64,000 nt of DNA from Calditrichia bacterium (GTDB lineage: Bacteria > Calditrichota > Calditrichia > RBG-13-44-9 > J075): the NCBI GenBank assembly GCA_965227145.1, contig OZ245730.1, positions 2,243,661 to 2,307,660 of the forward strand, in the 5' to 3' direction. A program made the position numbers and the translations under genes. The first letter of the stretch is position 1. Every line of letters begins with the position of its first letter. Positions 49,001 to 58,402 of this stretch are shown here, in pieces. The notes below the pieces were generated by a model. That model ran no database searches, had not been told where the DNA came from, and saw nothing but the letters and a program-made list of their open reading frames with translations.

Positions 49001-49973
49001 TCAGCAGTTTTTTGGCAAAATTGGATTCGAGCGATCGTTTGTCCGGTTTGGTCAGCGAACCTCGCAAAATGATCGCTACCAATATTTCGATGGCAAATAC
49101 CGCAATTGGCTGGCGACGTTTTCGCATCAAAACGCCGCCGGCAGCAAACGCCAAACGCTGGATTTGAACGGTTTCGGACGGCGATACGCAGTTTCAATGG
49201 CAGGCGAATGGCACGGAAAACAACAACAATATTTGGGAAATGTTCTGTTTTACCCGCATTCGAAAATCAAATTGGGACAATTTATACTGATAGAAAAACA
49301 ATCGGTTTGGCATATCCGGCAGTGGTTGGGAGATGTGCATTTCCGGCAAAAAACGGCTTCCGTTCGGTTCGCGTTAGCCAATCGAAATCAGCGATTTTCT
49401 GAATCGTTGACAACCCGTTTTCAGCATAAAAACAACCAAATTTGGTTCAATTTTCGCAGCGAATCGTTGAAAATCACCAAAAACGGTGTCGCCGCGGTTC
49501 GCTGGTCGCATCAATCGCCGGCAAATTGGCAAAAGGATACCCAATTGCGATACGGCTTTTTACCGTTGGAAAACAAGTTCGGCACGGAAATTCACCAATC
49601 ATGGCAGGTAAATCTGGATCACCATTTCTCGGTTTATCCGGTTTTCGCCAGCGGGTTTGAACGCGATCAACCGCTAAATGCGATCGGCAGCGGTTTCGGT
49701 ATTCGTGGTCAGCACCGCCTGTTTAGTCAACTGATGATCAATCTATCGAATAAAATTACGGCATTTAGCTATCAAATGTCTGTGGATATAGCAAATCGCA
49801 GCGGCGATACCTTGTTCAATTTCCAGATGCAAATCTGGCAAATCGGCAGCCGGCTGATTCGCAACGAAATTCGCTTTGTGCCGTTGTGGAGCAACGTTCA
49901 GCCCGGCGTATATTTCAGCTATCAGCGCGGTATCGGCAGTCGGTTGGAAGCTGCTATTCAGTTATATTTTTGA
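46077..49973 (+). CDS. Large secreted protein: an N-terminal (alpha/alpha)-toroid plus heparinase II/III-like lyase region, fused to a C-terminal ~500 aa putative outer-membrane beta-barrel.
   Basis: A signal-like segment (FLRWHFFVTLMLVQPVLVASP). The PDGGYAEGVYYGNF region is reminiscent of Hepar_II_III/alginate lyase. The C-terminal half is rich in alternating-hydrophobic strands and ends ...EAAIQLYF (terminal aromatic). The start is uncertain; the track ORF begins at 45846 and overlaps the DUF58 gene. Confidence 0.4.
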   Translation: MIETINDAFRIPFPKFLRWHFFVTLMLVQPVLVASPDSSAVVPQITKNIKKIPESVLKGIVAAGYRRENLLEQLPLTALELPQIYLPENVAHPRLISENQLFRARQNLIRSPFSNWFWLLKMQTEPYLQDFFRPEPFLLRQAEDMKSLAFLYRITGEKHYLSALERLLAALPEPPEIVNFEGGKNSVGWGDYLESAQSAIPVAVALDLVYDDLSDEIRTDALGKLAQISRQLMDAVLLAGNNNHTTVMAIAILTIAIVLDHPENFIRNDRQSMWQTGLKFLSRSLGIIAPDGGYAEGVYYGNFICSHLAAFSVYFENVTGIELFRHPYLERLVNWLLANNKGSGQYSAFDDAYQTRFFYLPLTIPQSRLAGQWRAHFLAEPPLVSAERNVVEALAIYDGSDQVLPEYGSPNRFFVESGEVIFRDRAVQPQFFAAFLSEREQWFASRHEHIDPMSVEISAFGEDFIVDAGYGNATSDPNRPWFLSGKSGNGILVDGMGTYENPIFGDPIASKIEHAFQTETVAGAKFSHSIGDVQLMRSALFSGNNMLLMIDEFDAQQPHDIRLNFNHPGKLRQLHPNVLEIVQPTARLKLLTLTSESESPQIVQDFGLFTPKSKGVPVNNLQIGQRDVRNGLFLTVMLPESGQTGEIQLSPLAIKNGVRGYRIANAADETITEVAVGNGKILESSQWKTDARVVWVQMAADGQISGLLINSGTFFSTDEFELTFEIPVTLVLSRTAFGWQGFLDAPPVNFEMEISGIFPGAFQFQRREVVPFLSDGGTTKLLLNGSGPLEIGANFHPVELPEPFRRSPDLLGWLARQPNSGEVYRHWPDYYQITHQNQLMQEFRSGVATAIHRFSDQQFGDPYAIDYTAFAIFGIMQQSYNRNSPSAFFVKIPHRYQFAGDAGDYRWKIVENGRFSLDDLEIHHFHADVADAAGNRFTYRRAAEFAGHSSNFVNLELSDRYEFGYMNAGLAGQENQQFFGKIGFERSFVRFGQRTSQNDRYQYFDGKYRNWLATFSHQNAAGSKRQTLDLNGFGRRYAVSMAGEWHGKQQQYLGNVLFYPHSKIKLGQFILIEKQSVWHIRQWLGDVHFRQKTASVRFALANRNQRFSESLTTRFQHKNNQIWFNFRSESLKITKNGVAAVRWSHQSPANWQKDTQLRYGFLPLENKFGTEIHQSWQVNLDHHFSVYPVFASGFERDQPLNAIGSGFGIRGQHRLFSQLMINLSNKITAFSYQMSVDIANRSGDTLFNFQMQIWQIGSRLIRNEIRFVPLWSNVQPGVYFSYQRGIGSRLEAAIQLYF

Positions 49974-50872
49974 ACGGTTTTTCGCGACAAATATTTTTGG
50001 TATTCCTTCATTTGTGAAACAAAAATGCCAACAAAAGTAACCAGCATTCCGGTGACAATTTGCGGCGTGATGCTTTCGTTGAGCATTGCCCAACCGATTA
50101 AAATCGCCACAACCGGGGTTATGTAAATTATTGAAGATACTGAAATTGCGCTCATTTCTTTCAATAAATAATAGTAGAGCACAAACGCCAACGCCGAGGC
50201 AACAATTCCCATGTAAACTACCGCGATTATCGATGCCGCGTGATATTTAATCAACGGCAATTCGCCACTCAATAAACCGATCAGCCCGAGCATAACCACG
50301 CCCCAAATCATTTGGTGGAGCGTGAGCGTTACTGTTTCCATATGGCTGAGATATTTTTTTACCATCACCAGCGAAACAGCTGCCGAAAGTGCGCTGATAA
50401 TTACCGCGATAGACGCCCACACAACCATACCTTCAAAGCGCGTTTGCAATAATTGGTCGTAAAAAACGATGGCGATCCCCAAAAATCCGATGACCAATCC
50501 CAAAAATTTTTGCCACTGAAACGCTTCGCTGCGGAAAACGAAATTGGAAACGACGCCCGTAAACAGCGGAAATGTGGCAAAAAAAATCGCCGTTGCGCCG
50601 GCGTTGATATATTGTTCGCCCCAATAAATCAATCCGTAATCCAATAAATACAATAGGATAGATGAAATAAATATCATCGAAAAATCTTTTGATGATATTT
50701 TTAACGAGCGCCGTTTGTACGCTGCGTATCCGAGCAGGCATGCGAGCGCCACCAAAAATCGGGCGGAAGCGCCCAAAAATGGCGGGATTCCGATCAAGCT
50801 GTATTTTATGGCAATCCAGGTTGTGCCCCACACAAAACTCAGGAATGCTAAAATGGCATATTTTCGCAACAT
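49958..50872 (-). CDS. EamA/DMT-family transporter.
   Basis: Ten predicted TM helices with the duplicated EamA architecture. Size 304 aa. Confidence 0.7.
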   Translation of the reverse strand: MLRKYAILAFLSFVWGTTWIAIKYSLIGIPPFLGASARFLVALACLLGYAAYKRRSLKISSKDFSMIFISSILLYLLDYGLIYWGEQYINAGATAIFFATFPLFTGVVSNFVFRSEAFQWQKFLGLVIGFLGIAIVFYDQLLQTRFEGMVVWASIAVIISALSAAVSLVMVKKYLSHMETVTLTLHQMIWGVVMLGLIGLLSGELPLIKYHAASIIAVVYMGIVASALAFVLYYYLLKEMSAISVSSIIYITPVVAILIGWAMLNESITPQIVTGMLVTFVGIFVSQMKEYQKYLSRKTVQKYN

Positions 50873-50951
50873 TCGTGATTCTTCCCTTATTTTTCAGCCT
50901 AAATTTAATTTAATGTTGACAGTTTGTACTCATGAAATTATATTTGCCATG

Positions 50952-50976
50952 AAATACGACTAAAAATGTCGTATTT
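50952..50976 (+). promoter_or_regulatory. A 25-bp palindromic candidate Rrf2/IscR-type operator upstream of the rrf2-fdx-suf operon.
   Basis: AAATACGAC-taaaaat-GTCGTATTT (9-bp perfect arms), ~50 nt upstream of the Rrf2 start. Its GACT...GTC core resembles the IscR type-1 site. Confidence 0.45.
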
Positions 50977-51024
50977 TGTTAGAGCGATTTTTTGAAGGTA
51001 TTTAAGACCACAATAATCAGGTTT

Positions 51025-51501
51025 ATGGCAATGCTTAAATTTAGCAAAAAAGTTGAATATGCGCTGATATCGCTGTTATACATGGCGGACCGGAAAAGTA
51101 ACGATCTGATCACCAGCAGGGAGTTGGCCCAGCATTTTAACTTTCCGCAGGAGCTGATTGGCAAAGTATTGCAGAGTCTGGCGCGTTGCAGTTATGTTCG
51201 TTCTGTGCAGGGTGTCCGGGGTGGATATGAGCTGTCCAGCAACCCGGAAAACATTCGGTTAACGCAGGTTATTCATGCTGTTGATGGTCCGATTCGCGTG
51301 GTGAATTGTTTAAATAATCTTGGCGATTGTCAATGTGATCAATTAGATTACTGCAATATTCGTAACCCAATGGAAAAGTTGCAAGTGAAGTTGTTAGAAG
51401 CGCTACACGAAATTACACTGAAGGATCTTCAAGACAATACGATTTCATTTACAAAGCCTATCGAAGCTGCGAAAACGCTATCACAAATACCCTTAACTTA
51501 A
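51025..51501 (+). CDS. Rrf2-family transcriptional regulator (IscR/SufR-like, with candidate Fe-S ligand cysteines).
   Basis: An N-terminal wHTH (KKVEYALISLLYMADRK...ITSRELAQHF) and a C-x-x-C...C cluster (CLNNLGDCQCDQLDYC). Start uncertain: alternatives are a TTG at 50992 or the ATG at 51031. Confidence 0.75.
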   Translation: MAMLKFSKKVEYALISLLYMADRKSNDLITSRELAQHFNFPQELIGKVLQSLARCSYVRSVQGVRGGYELSSNPENIRLTQVIHAVDGPIRVVNCLNNLGDCQCDQLDYCNIRNPMEKLQVKLLEALHEITLKDLQDNTISFTKPIEAAKTLSQIPLT

Positions 51502-51526
51502 CTAAATCCGCTCGAAGGAGACGACC

Positions 51527-51817
51527 ATGACTTACATTATTACCGAACCTTGTATTGGCACATGTGACACCGCCTGTGTTGAAGTTTGCCCGGTAGATTG
51601 CATCTATCCGGCAGACGGAATGACCTTGAGTGAAGAAGACAAAGCGAAAATGATCTCCATCAACGAGATGCTTTACATTCATCCCGAGGAATGCATTGAT
51701 TGCGGTGCCTGCGAACCGGAATGCCCGGTTGAAGCTATTTTCCCGGAAGATGAAGTGCCTGAAAAATGGGCAGATTATATTGCCAAAAACTACAAACGTT
51801 TCGATCTGGAGCCGTAG
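51527..51817 (+). CDS. 7Fe-type ferredoxin (FdxA-like, two clusters).
   Basis: [18 protein letters not shown] and [13 protein letters not shown] parallel Azotobacter FdI. Confidence 0.8.
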   Translation: MTYIITEPCIGTCDTACVEVCPVDCIYPADGMTLSEEDKAKMISINEMLYIHPEECIDCGACEPECPVEAIFPEDEVPEKWADYIAKNYKRFDLEP

Positions 51818-51982
51818 AAAACGATCGATTCGTATTTTTTTCGATTTGAAAAATATGTGATTTAAGCAGTTGAATTTTATCTGTTTATGTGTTTCCGCCG
51901 GAATCCGGCTCGGTTCTGGCGGAAATCTCCCGGGTGTTGAATGGAAGGAAATTATCATTTACAATCAAAAGGATAGATTAGG

Positions 51983-53428
51983 ATGAGTAACGAACAACAA
52001 ATTATTGAAAGTCGGATAAAGAGCGAATACAAATGGGGTTTCGTTACCGATATCGAAAATGATACGGTTCCCCAGGGTCTCAATGAGGACATTGTTCGCA
52101 TGATATCCTTCAAAAAAAACGAGCCGGAATGGATGCTGAATTGGCGGTTGAAAGCTTACAAACATTGGCTGACCATGAAAGAGCCGCGTTGGCCGAACGT
52201 CAAATATTCACCGATTGATTATCAGGATGCGTATTATTACGCAGCCCCAAAACAGACAAAAAATCCGGAAAGCCTGGACGAGGTTGATCCGAAGCTGATC
52301 GATACATTTAACAAACTTGGTATCTCGCTGGAAGAGCAAAAATTGCTCACAGGTGTTGCGGTTGATGCCGTCATCGATAGCGTTTCTGTGGCAACAACGT
52401 TCAAAAAAGAGCTTTCCAAACACGGCATTATTTTTTGCTCAATGTCCGAAGCGATTATCGATCACCAAGAATTGGTGCAACAATATCTCGGCAGCGTTGT
52501 GCCGTATGCCGACAACTTTTTTGCCGCGCTAAACTCCGCAGTTTTTACAGATGGCTCGTTTTGCTACATTCCGAAAGGCGTTCGCTGCCCGATGGAATTG
52601 TCCACTTATTTCCGCATCAACGCGGCAAAAACGGGACAGTTTGAGCGCACGCTGATTATCGCGGAAGAAGCTAGCACGGTTAGCTATCTGGAAGGCTGCA
52701 CCGCGCCGATGCGCGATGAACATCAGTTGCACGCCGCAGTTGTAGAAATTTATGCGCACAAAGATGCCACCGTCAAATATTCAACCGTTCAAAACTGGTA
52801 TCCCGGCGATGAGCAGGGCAAAGGCGGCATCTACAATTTTGTGACGAAACGCGGTTTGTGCGACGGCGCAAACAGCAAAATCAGCTGGACGCAGGTGGAA
52901 ACCGGCTCAGCAATCACCTGGAAATATCCCAGCGTGATTTTGAAAGGTGACAACTCAACCGGCGAATTTTACTCCGTCGCGTTGACCAACAATTACCAGC
53001 AAGCCGATACCGGCACCAAAATGATTCACGTCGGTAAAAACACCAAAAGCACCATCATTTCCAAAGGCATTTCCGCTGGCAAAAGCCAGAATTCCTATCG
53101 CGGATTGGTGAAAGTGGTGAAGGGCGCAACCAACGCCCGCAACTTCTCGCAATGCGATTCGTTGCTGATTGGCGATCGATGCGGCGCACACACCTTCCCG
53201 TATCTGGAAATTGGTGATAAATCCGCCAAAGTGGAGCACGAAGCAACCACTTCGAAAATCGGTGAAGACCAGATTTTCTATTGCAACCAGCGCGGCATCA
53301 GTACGGAAAACGCCATCGGATTGATCGTAAACGGTTTCGCGAAAGAGGTTTTCCGCGAACTGCCGATGGAATTTGCGGTCGAAGCACAAAAATTACTGGC
53401 GATCAGCCTCGAAGGTTCCGTTGGATAA
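51983..53428 (+). CDS. sufB: Fe-S cluster assembly protein SufB.
   Basis: 481 aa with a conserved SufB core ([24 protein letters not shown]). Confidence 0.9.
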   Translation: MSNEQQIIESRIKSEYKWGFVTDIENDTVPQGLNEDIVRMISFKKNEPEWMLNWRLKAYKHWLTMKEPRWPNVKYSPIDYQDAYYYAAPKQTKNPESLDEVDPKLIDTFNKLGISLEEQKLLTGVAVDAVIDSVSVATTFKKELSKHGIIFCSMSEAIIDHQELVQQYLGSVVPYADNFFAALNSAVFTDGSFCYIPKGVRCPMELSTYFRINAAKTGQFERTLIIAEEASTVSYLEGCTAPMRDEHQLHAAVVEIYAHKDATVKYSTVQNWYPGDEQGKGGIYNFVTKRGLCDGANSKISWTQVETGSAITWKYPSVILKGDNSTGEFYSVALTNNYQQADTGTKMIHVGKNTKSTIISKGISAGKSQNSYRGLVKVVKGATNARNFSQCDSLLIGDRCGAHTFPYLEIGDKSAKVEHEATTSKIGEDQIFYCNQRGISTENAIGLIVNGFAKEVFRELPMEFAVEAQKLLAISLEGSVG

Positions 53429-53514
53429 TTTATGGTGCAAACGGTTGTTTTAAATGAACTTGAAAACAAAATATTATAAGATAAATACGTAAAAGGAATT
53501 GAGGAAGAATAAAA

Positions 53515-54270
53515 ATGCTCGAGATTAAAAACTTACATGCGTCAGTCGAAGGTAACGAAATTTTGAAAGGCCTCGATCTGAAAATCAATCCCGGCGAAGT
53601 GCATGCGATTATGGGACCGAACGGCTCCGGCAAAAGCACGCTCGCAAATGTGCTGGCGGGACGCGAAGAATATGAAATCACAGATGGCCAGGTTGTTTTC
53701 GAGGGCGAGGATTTGCTGGAAATGGGACCGGAAGATCGTGCCCACAACGGGCTTTTTCTGGCGTTTCAATATCCGGTGGAAATTCCCGGTGTCAGCAACG
53801 TCAATTTTTTGAAAACGGCCGTGAATCAAATCCGCGAAGCCCGGGGCGAAGAAAAACTCGACGCAATGGAATTTCTCAAATTGATTCGCACCAAGCTCAA
53901 AACGGTTGATATGGAAGAAAAATTTCTCCACCGCTCGGTTAACGAAGGTTTTTCCGGTGGCGAGAAAAAACGCAACGAAATTTTCCAAATGGCAGTTTTG
54001 GAGCCGAAACTGGCAATTATGGACGAAACTGATTCCGGGCTGGATATCGACGCGCTGAAAATCGTTGCAAACGGCGTCAATCAAATGCGGGATAGCAAAC
54101 GCTCCTTTTTGGTGATTACCCACTATCAGCGATTGCTGAATTACATCGTTCCTGATGTTGTTCACGTGCTCGTGAATGGCAAAATCGTGGAATCGGGTGG
54201 AAAAGACCTGGCACTGCGGCTCGAAGAACACGGTTACGACTGGGTGAACAACGAAACTGTCGGTGTCTGA
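53515..54270 (+). CDS. sufC: Fe-S cluster assembly ATPase SufC.
   Basis: Walker A GPNGSGKST, an ABC signature FSGGEKKR and a Walker B LAIMDETDSGLD. Confidence 0.9.
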   Translation: MLEIKNLHASVEGNEILKGLDLKINPGEVHAIMGPNGSGKSTLANVLAGREEYEITDGQVVFEGEDLLEMGPEDRAHNGLFLAFQYPVEIPGVSNVNFLKTAVNQIREARGEEKLDAMEFLKLIRTKLKTVDMEEKFLHRSVNEGFSGGEKKRNEIFQMAVLEPKLAIMDETDSGLDIDALKIVANGVNQMRDSKRSFLVITHYQRLLNYIVPDVVHVLVNGKIVESGGKDLALRLEEHGYDWVNNETVGV

Positions 54271-54327
54271 TTTTGGTAATTGCAATTTGATTGATAAACG
54301 TCGAAAAAATGAAGGTAAACAATAATT

Positions 54328-55659
54328 ATGAGCAGTATAAAAACGGATGCCAGTGATATGCAAAACTGGTATGTTTCGAATTTCAAAGCATTTGAAACAA
54401 GCCTGAACGGGAGCAGCGAACTGCCGTTTCATCAGGTGAGAAAATCGGCTTTGGAAGCGTTCAACAAACTGGGTTTCCCCGGACGACGGGACGAGGAGTG
54501 GAAATACACTTCCGTTTCCCCGATTTTGAAACACAAGTTTCAATTGGATTTACCGTCCAATAAATTGTCTGCCAAAGATATTGAAAAATATGCATTTAAA
54601 GCACTTTCGAAAAACCTGGTGGTGTTGATCAACGGTCATTATTCACCGGAATTTTCAAATTATGAAGCGCCGAAAGGCGTTATTGTGGAAAGCCTTTCGG
54701 GTGCAACGGAAAAGCATGCGAGCCTCGTCAATAAATATCTGGCGAAAATTGCGGACTTCTCGGAAGATCCGTTTACCGCGCTAAATACCGCGTTTGCCAA
54801 TGATGGCGTTTTCATTCACATTGCGGACAATGCTGTGATTGAGCAGCCGATTCACCTGCTGTATATATCCGATGCGCGTGAGAAAGAATTTTACGCGAAT
54901 CCGCGAAATCTGGTCATCGCCGGGAAGCATTCGCAAGCCAAAATCGTTGAAAAATATGCGGCAATCGATGCGGAAAATGTGTATTTCAACAACGGCGTGA
55001 CCGAAGTTGTGATGAACGCTGGCGCAAAACTGGATTACGTTCGCGTGCAGGACGAGGCGTTAAATGCGTTTCACATCAAAACGCTGCAAGCGCATCAGGT
55101 TCGCGACAGCAATTTTACGCTGGTGAATCTGGATATGGGCGGCAAATTGGTGCGCAATAATTTCAATTTGAAACTCGATGACGAACATTGCGAAGGTCAT
55201 TTGATCGGTGCATACATGGCAACCGGTCGTCAGCACATCGACAACCATACGGCTATCGATCATGCCAAACCGAATTGCTACAGCAACGAAGTTTACAAAG
55301 GCATTTTGGGCGGAAAATCCCGCGGTGTGTTCAACGGGAAAATTTTTGTGCGCCAGGATGCTCAAAAAACCAACGCGTATCAAAATAACAAAGCGCTGTT
55401 GTTGACGGATGATGCGGTCATCAATTCCAAACCGCAGCTGGAAATTTTTGCCGACGATGTGAAATGCAGTCACGGCGCAACGGTCGGGCAGCTGGATGAT
55501 GAATCGCTGTTCTATTTACGTTCGCGCGGCATTCCCGCAGATGTTGCATATTCCATGCTGCAATATGCATTTGTATTGGAAGCGCTGGATTATGTCACCA
55601 TCGATGAAATTCGCGAAGAGCTGGACGAGCAGTTGCTCGAACATTTTCGTAAGCTATAG
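54328..55659 (+). CDS. sufD: Fe-S cluster assembly protein SufD.
   Basis: A SufB paralog, 443 aa, with a C-terminal beta-helix region (KCSHGATVGQLDDE). Its position follows sufC. Confidence 0.85.
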   Translation: MSSIKTDASDMQNWYVSNFKAFETSLNGSSELPFHQVRKSALEAFNKLGFPGRRDEEWKYTSVSPILKHKFQLDLPSNKLSAKDIEKYAFKALSKNLVVLINGHYSPEFSNYEAPKGVIVESLSGATEKHASLVNKYLAKIADFSEDPFTALNTAFANDGVFIHIADNAVIEQPIHLLYISDAREKEFYANPRNLVIAGKHSQAKIVEKYAAIDAENVYFNNGVTEVVMNAGAKLDYVRVQDEALNAFHIKTLQAHQVRDSNFTLVNLDMGGKLVRNNFNLKLDDEHCEGHLIGAYMATGRQHIDNHTAIDHAKPNCYSNEVYKGILGGKSRGVFNGKIFVRQDAQKTNAYQNNKALLLTDDAVINSKPQLEIFADDVKCSHGATVGQLDDESLFYLRSRGIPADVAYSMLQYAFVLEALDYVTIDEIREELDEQLLEHFRKL

Positions 55660-55686
55660 TTTTTATTTTAGATAGAGGTTTATTTA

Positions 55687-56952
55687 ATGGCAAATGCCAC
55701 GGTGGCCGATTTGAAAAAACCGGCTCAAAAAGTAAGTTTTGATGTGGAAAAAATCCGGTCGGATTTCCCGATTCTTCAGGAAAAAATGCACGGAAAACCG
55801 CTGGTTTTTCTGGATAACGCCGCATCCACCCAAAAACCGAATGTGGTGATCGACACGATCGCCAATTACTACCGTTCGGAAAATGCCAATATTCACCGTG
55901 GTGTGTATCGCCTCAGCGAAATCGCGTCTGAAAAATATGAAGCTGCCCGGAAAACGGTTCAGCAATTTATCAACGCAAAATCAGAACGCGAAGTCATTTT
56001 CACCGGCGGAACAACTGACAGCATCAATTTGGTTGCCGCATCTTTTGGGCAAGCGTACATCAAATCCGGTGATGAAATTATCATTACCGGGATGGAACAC
56101 CATTCGAATATTGTTCCGTGGCAGCTGTTGTGCGACAGAACCGGCGCAAAATTGCGCGTTTTGCCTATCGATGAAAATGGTGATTTGGTGATGGAAAAGC
56201 TGCCGGAAATGATCAACGATCGAACCCGGCTGATTTCTGTGGTTTACATTTCCAACTCGCTCGGCACGGTCAATCCGGTACGGGAAATTATCGATCTCGG
56301 GCATGCGCAGGATGTCCCTGTTTTGGTCGATGCGGCGCAAGCCGTGCAACACCAATTGCTGGATGTTCAGCAGCTTGATTGCGATTTTCTGGCGTTCTCC
56401 GGGCATAAAATTTATGGTCCCACCGGCGTTGGTGTGCTCTACGGAAAAGAAAAGTGGTTGGAAAAAATGCCGCCGTATCGTGGCGGTGGCGACATGATAT
56501 TAACTGTATCTTTTGAAAAAACGACGTTTAACGAACTCCCGTATAAATTTGAAGCCGGCACGCCAAACATTGCCGGCGTTATCGGATTGGGCGAAGCGAT
56601 CAAATATGTTGAAAATATCGGGTTGCCAAACATTGCCGAATACGAACACGCGCTGCTGGATTACGCGACTGAACGGTTGACATCGATTCCTGAATTACGT
56701 ATCATAGGAACTGCGCGGGAAAAATCTGCCGTTATCTCTTTTGTTGTTGAGGGCGTTCACCCGCACGACATCGGCACCTGGGCGGATCGCGATGGCATTG
56801 CTGTCCGCACCGGACATCACTGCACACAGCCGGTGATGGATTTTTTCGAGGTTCCGGCAACCACCCGGGCATCGATCGGCATTTACAATAACCGCGCCGA
56901 TTTTGACGCGTTGGTAAATTCTCTGAAAGAAATGATTAAGGTGTTTTGTTAA
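55687..56952 (+). CDS. sufS: Cysteine desulfurase SufS (group II).
   Basis: FLDNAASTQKP, the PLP lysine in SGHKIYGPTG and the catalytic RTGHHCTQP. Confidence 0.9.
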   Translation: MANATVADLKKPAQKVSFDVEKIRSDFPILQEKMHGKPLVFLDNAASTQKPNVVIDTIANYYRSENANIHRGVYRLSEIASEKYEAARKTVQQFINAKSEREVIFTGGTTDSINLVAASFGQAYIKSGDEIIITGMEHHSNIVPWQLLCDRTGAKLRVLPIDENGDLVMEKLPEMINDRTRLISVVYISNSLGTVNPVREIIDLGHAQDVPVLVDAAQAVQHQLLDVQQLDCDFLAFSGHKIYGPTGVGVLYGKEKWLEKMPPYRGGGDMILTVSFEKTTFNELPYKFEAGTPNIAGVIGLGEAIKYVENIGLPNIAEYEHALLDYATERLTSIPELRIIGTAREKSAVISFVVEGVHPHDIGTWADRDGIAVRTGHHCTQPVMDFFEVPATTRASIGIYNNRADFDALVNSLKEMIKVFC

Positions 56953-57401
56953 TGGACGAATTGCGCGAGCTGTATCAACAGGTGATTCTCGATCACAACC
57001 GTAATCCGAAAAATTATGGCAAAATTGATTGCAATCATGAGGCGGAAGGATTTAATCCGCTCTGCGGTGATAAAATAAAAATTTACGTTCAGGTGGATGG
57101 CAACATCATTACCGATGTGCATTTCGAAGCTGCCGGTTGCGCTATTTCCAAAGCATCCGCATCGTTGATGACGGTTGCGTTGAAGGGCAAAACGATTGCG
57201 GAATCACAGAATATTTTTTCCCATTTTATCGGAATGATTACCGGCAAATCAAACGCTAATGCCGAAGAAGATTTGCTCGGCAGCCTGATTGTGCTCGCCG
57301 GAGTCCGGGAATTTCCGTCGCGTGTAAAATGTGCCGGTTTAGCCTGGCATGCGTTCAACGCAGCCCTGAGCAGCGAAGAAAAAACGGTAACTACAGAATA
57401 A
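56952..57401 (+). CDS. sufU: SufU/IscU-like sulfur acceptor scaffold.
   Basis: NPLCGDKI, AAGCAISKAS and a C-terminal CAGLAWHA. Its start overlaps the sufS stop (TAATG). Confidence 0.8.
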   Translation: MDELRELYQQVILDHNRNPKNYGKIDCNHEAEGFNPLCGDKIKIYVQVDGNIITDVHFEAAGCAISKASASLMTVALKGKTIAESQNIFSHFIGMITGKSNANAEEDLLGSLIVLAGVREFPSRVKCAGLAWHAFNAALSSEEKTVTTE

Positions 57402-57429
57402 TTAAAGATTTGTCGGATAGAGGATAGAA

Positions 57430-57747
57430 ATGGTTGAGAGCAAAACAGATGTAAAATCTTCAATTGTTGAAGTGCTGAAAACGTGTTACGACCCGGAAAT
57501 TCCGGTTGATATTTATGAATTGGGACTCATTTACGATATTTTTGTTGATGAAGAAAACAAAGCGTTTGTGAAAATGACCCTCACTTCGCCGATGTGTCCG
57601 GTTGCCGGAACGCTGCCCGGTGAAGTGGAAAGTAAAATTCGATCGATCCCGGAAGTGAGTGAAGCTGTTGTGGAACTGGTTTGGGATCCGCCGTGGAATA
57701 TGGAAATGATGACCGAAGCAGCACGGCTTGAACTCGGTTTCATGTAA
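57430..57747 (+). CDS. sufT: SufT (DUF59/MIP18-family Fe-S assembly protein).
   Basis: VLKTCYDPEIPVDIYELGLIY...TLTSPMCPVAG matches DUF59. Confidence 0.8.
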   Translation: MVESKTDVKSSIVEVLKTCYDPEIPVDIYELGLIYDIFVDEENKAFVKMTLTSPMCPVAGTLPGEVESKIRSIPEVSEAVVELVWDPPWNMEMMTEAARLELGFM

Positions 57748-57821
57748 CAAGTTTATACAACAATTGTTAGCGAAGTTTAATAAAATTAATTATTTACATA
57801 TATTTAGTTGAGGACGAATCC

Positions 57822-58361
57822 ATGTCGCAATTTCCATTTATGATGCAACCGACGTATGATCCGGAAGCTGTTCAACCGATGCGTGATGAGCTATTGGCCG
57901 TCGGATTTGAAGAATTATACACACCCGAAGATGTTGACAATGCCATCGGGCAAAATGATGATAAAACCGTTTTGATGGTGATCAATTCCGTTTGCGGTTG
58001 CGCAGCCGGCAGTGCCCGTCCCGGTGTTTGCGAAGCGTTGCAGCACTCCGTAATTCCCGACAAATTGGTGACCGTTTTTGCCGGACAGGAAAAAGCGGCA
58101 GTTGCCCATGTTCGCGAACAATATTTGAATATGTTTCCGCCATCATCTCCCGCAATGGCGATGTTCAAAAACGGTCAGCCGATTTTCATGTTGCACCGTT
58201 TCAATATTGAAGGATATACATTTGATCAAATCGCCAGCGTTCTGAAAGGGGCATTTGACCAATTGTGCACGACAAAAGGTCCCTCAATTACGCCGGAACA
58301 GTATGCCCAGGTAAAACATGCCCGCGCATGCGGTTCCAAAATTCCCCGTTTCAACGGGTAA
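57822..58361 (+). CDS. Bacilliredoxin (BrxA/BrxB, DUF1094 family).
   Basis: A VINSVCGCAAG CGC active site within a thioredoxin-like fold. It is ~35 aa longer at the C-terminus than Bacillus Brx. Confidence 0.55.
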   Translation: MSQFPFMMQPTYDPEAVQPMRDELLAVGFEELYTPEDVDNAIGQNDDKTVLMVINSVCGCAAGSARPGVCEALQHSVIPDKLVTVFAGQEKAAVAHVREQYLNMFPPSSPAMAMFKNGQPIFMLHRFNIEGYTFDQIASVLKGAFDQLCTTKGPSITPEQYAQVKHARACGSKIPRFNG

Positions 58362-58402
58362 TTAACACCGATAAAAAACCCCTTAAAACCCCTCCAATAT
58401 GG

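Noticed and set aside
48270-49154. A 294-aa minus-strand ORF inside the large lyase-like gene.
   Set aside because: An antisense shadow of the long plus-strand ORF. It was one of several overlapping minus-frame ORFs in that interval.
53542-54543. A 333-aa minus-strand ORF across sufC and sufD.
   Set aside because: Antisense to two conserved suf genes. No ribosome-binding site.
55665-57432. A GATAGAGG octamer repeated just upstream of the sufS and sufT start codons.
   Set aside because: Only two copies, and each overlaps a GAGG ribosome-binding site. It is most simply explained as chance similarity of Shine-Dalgarno contexts.
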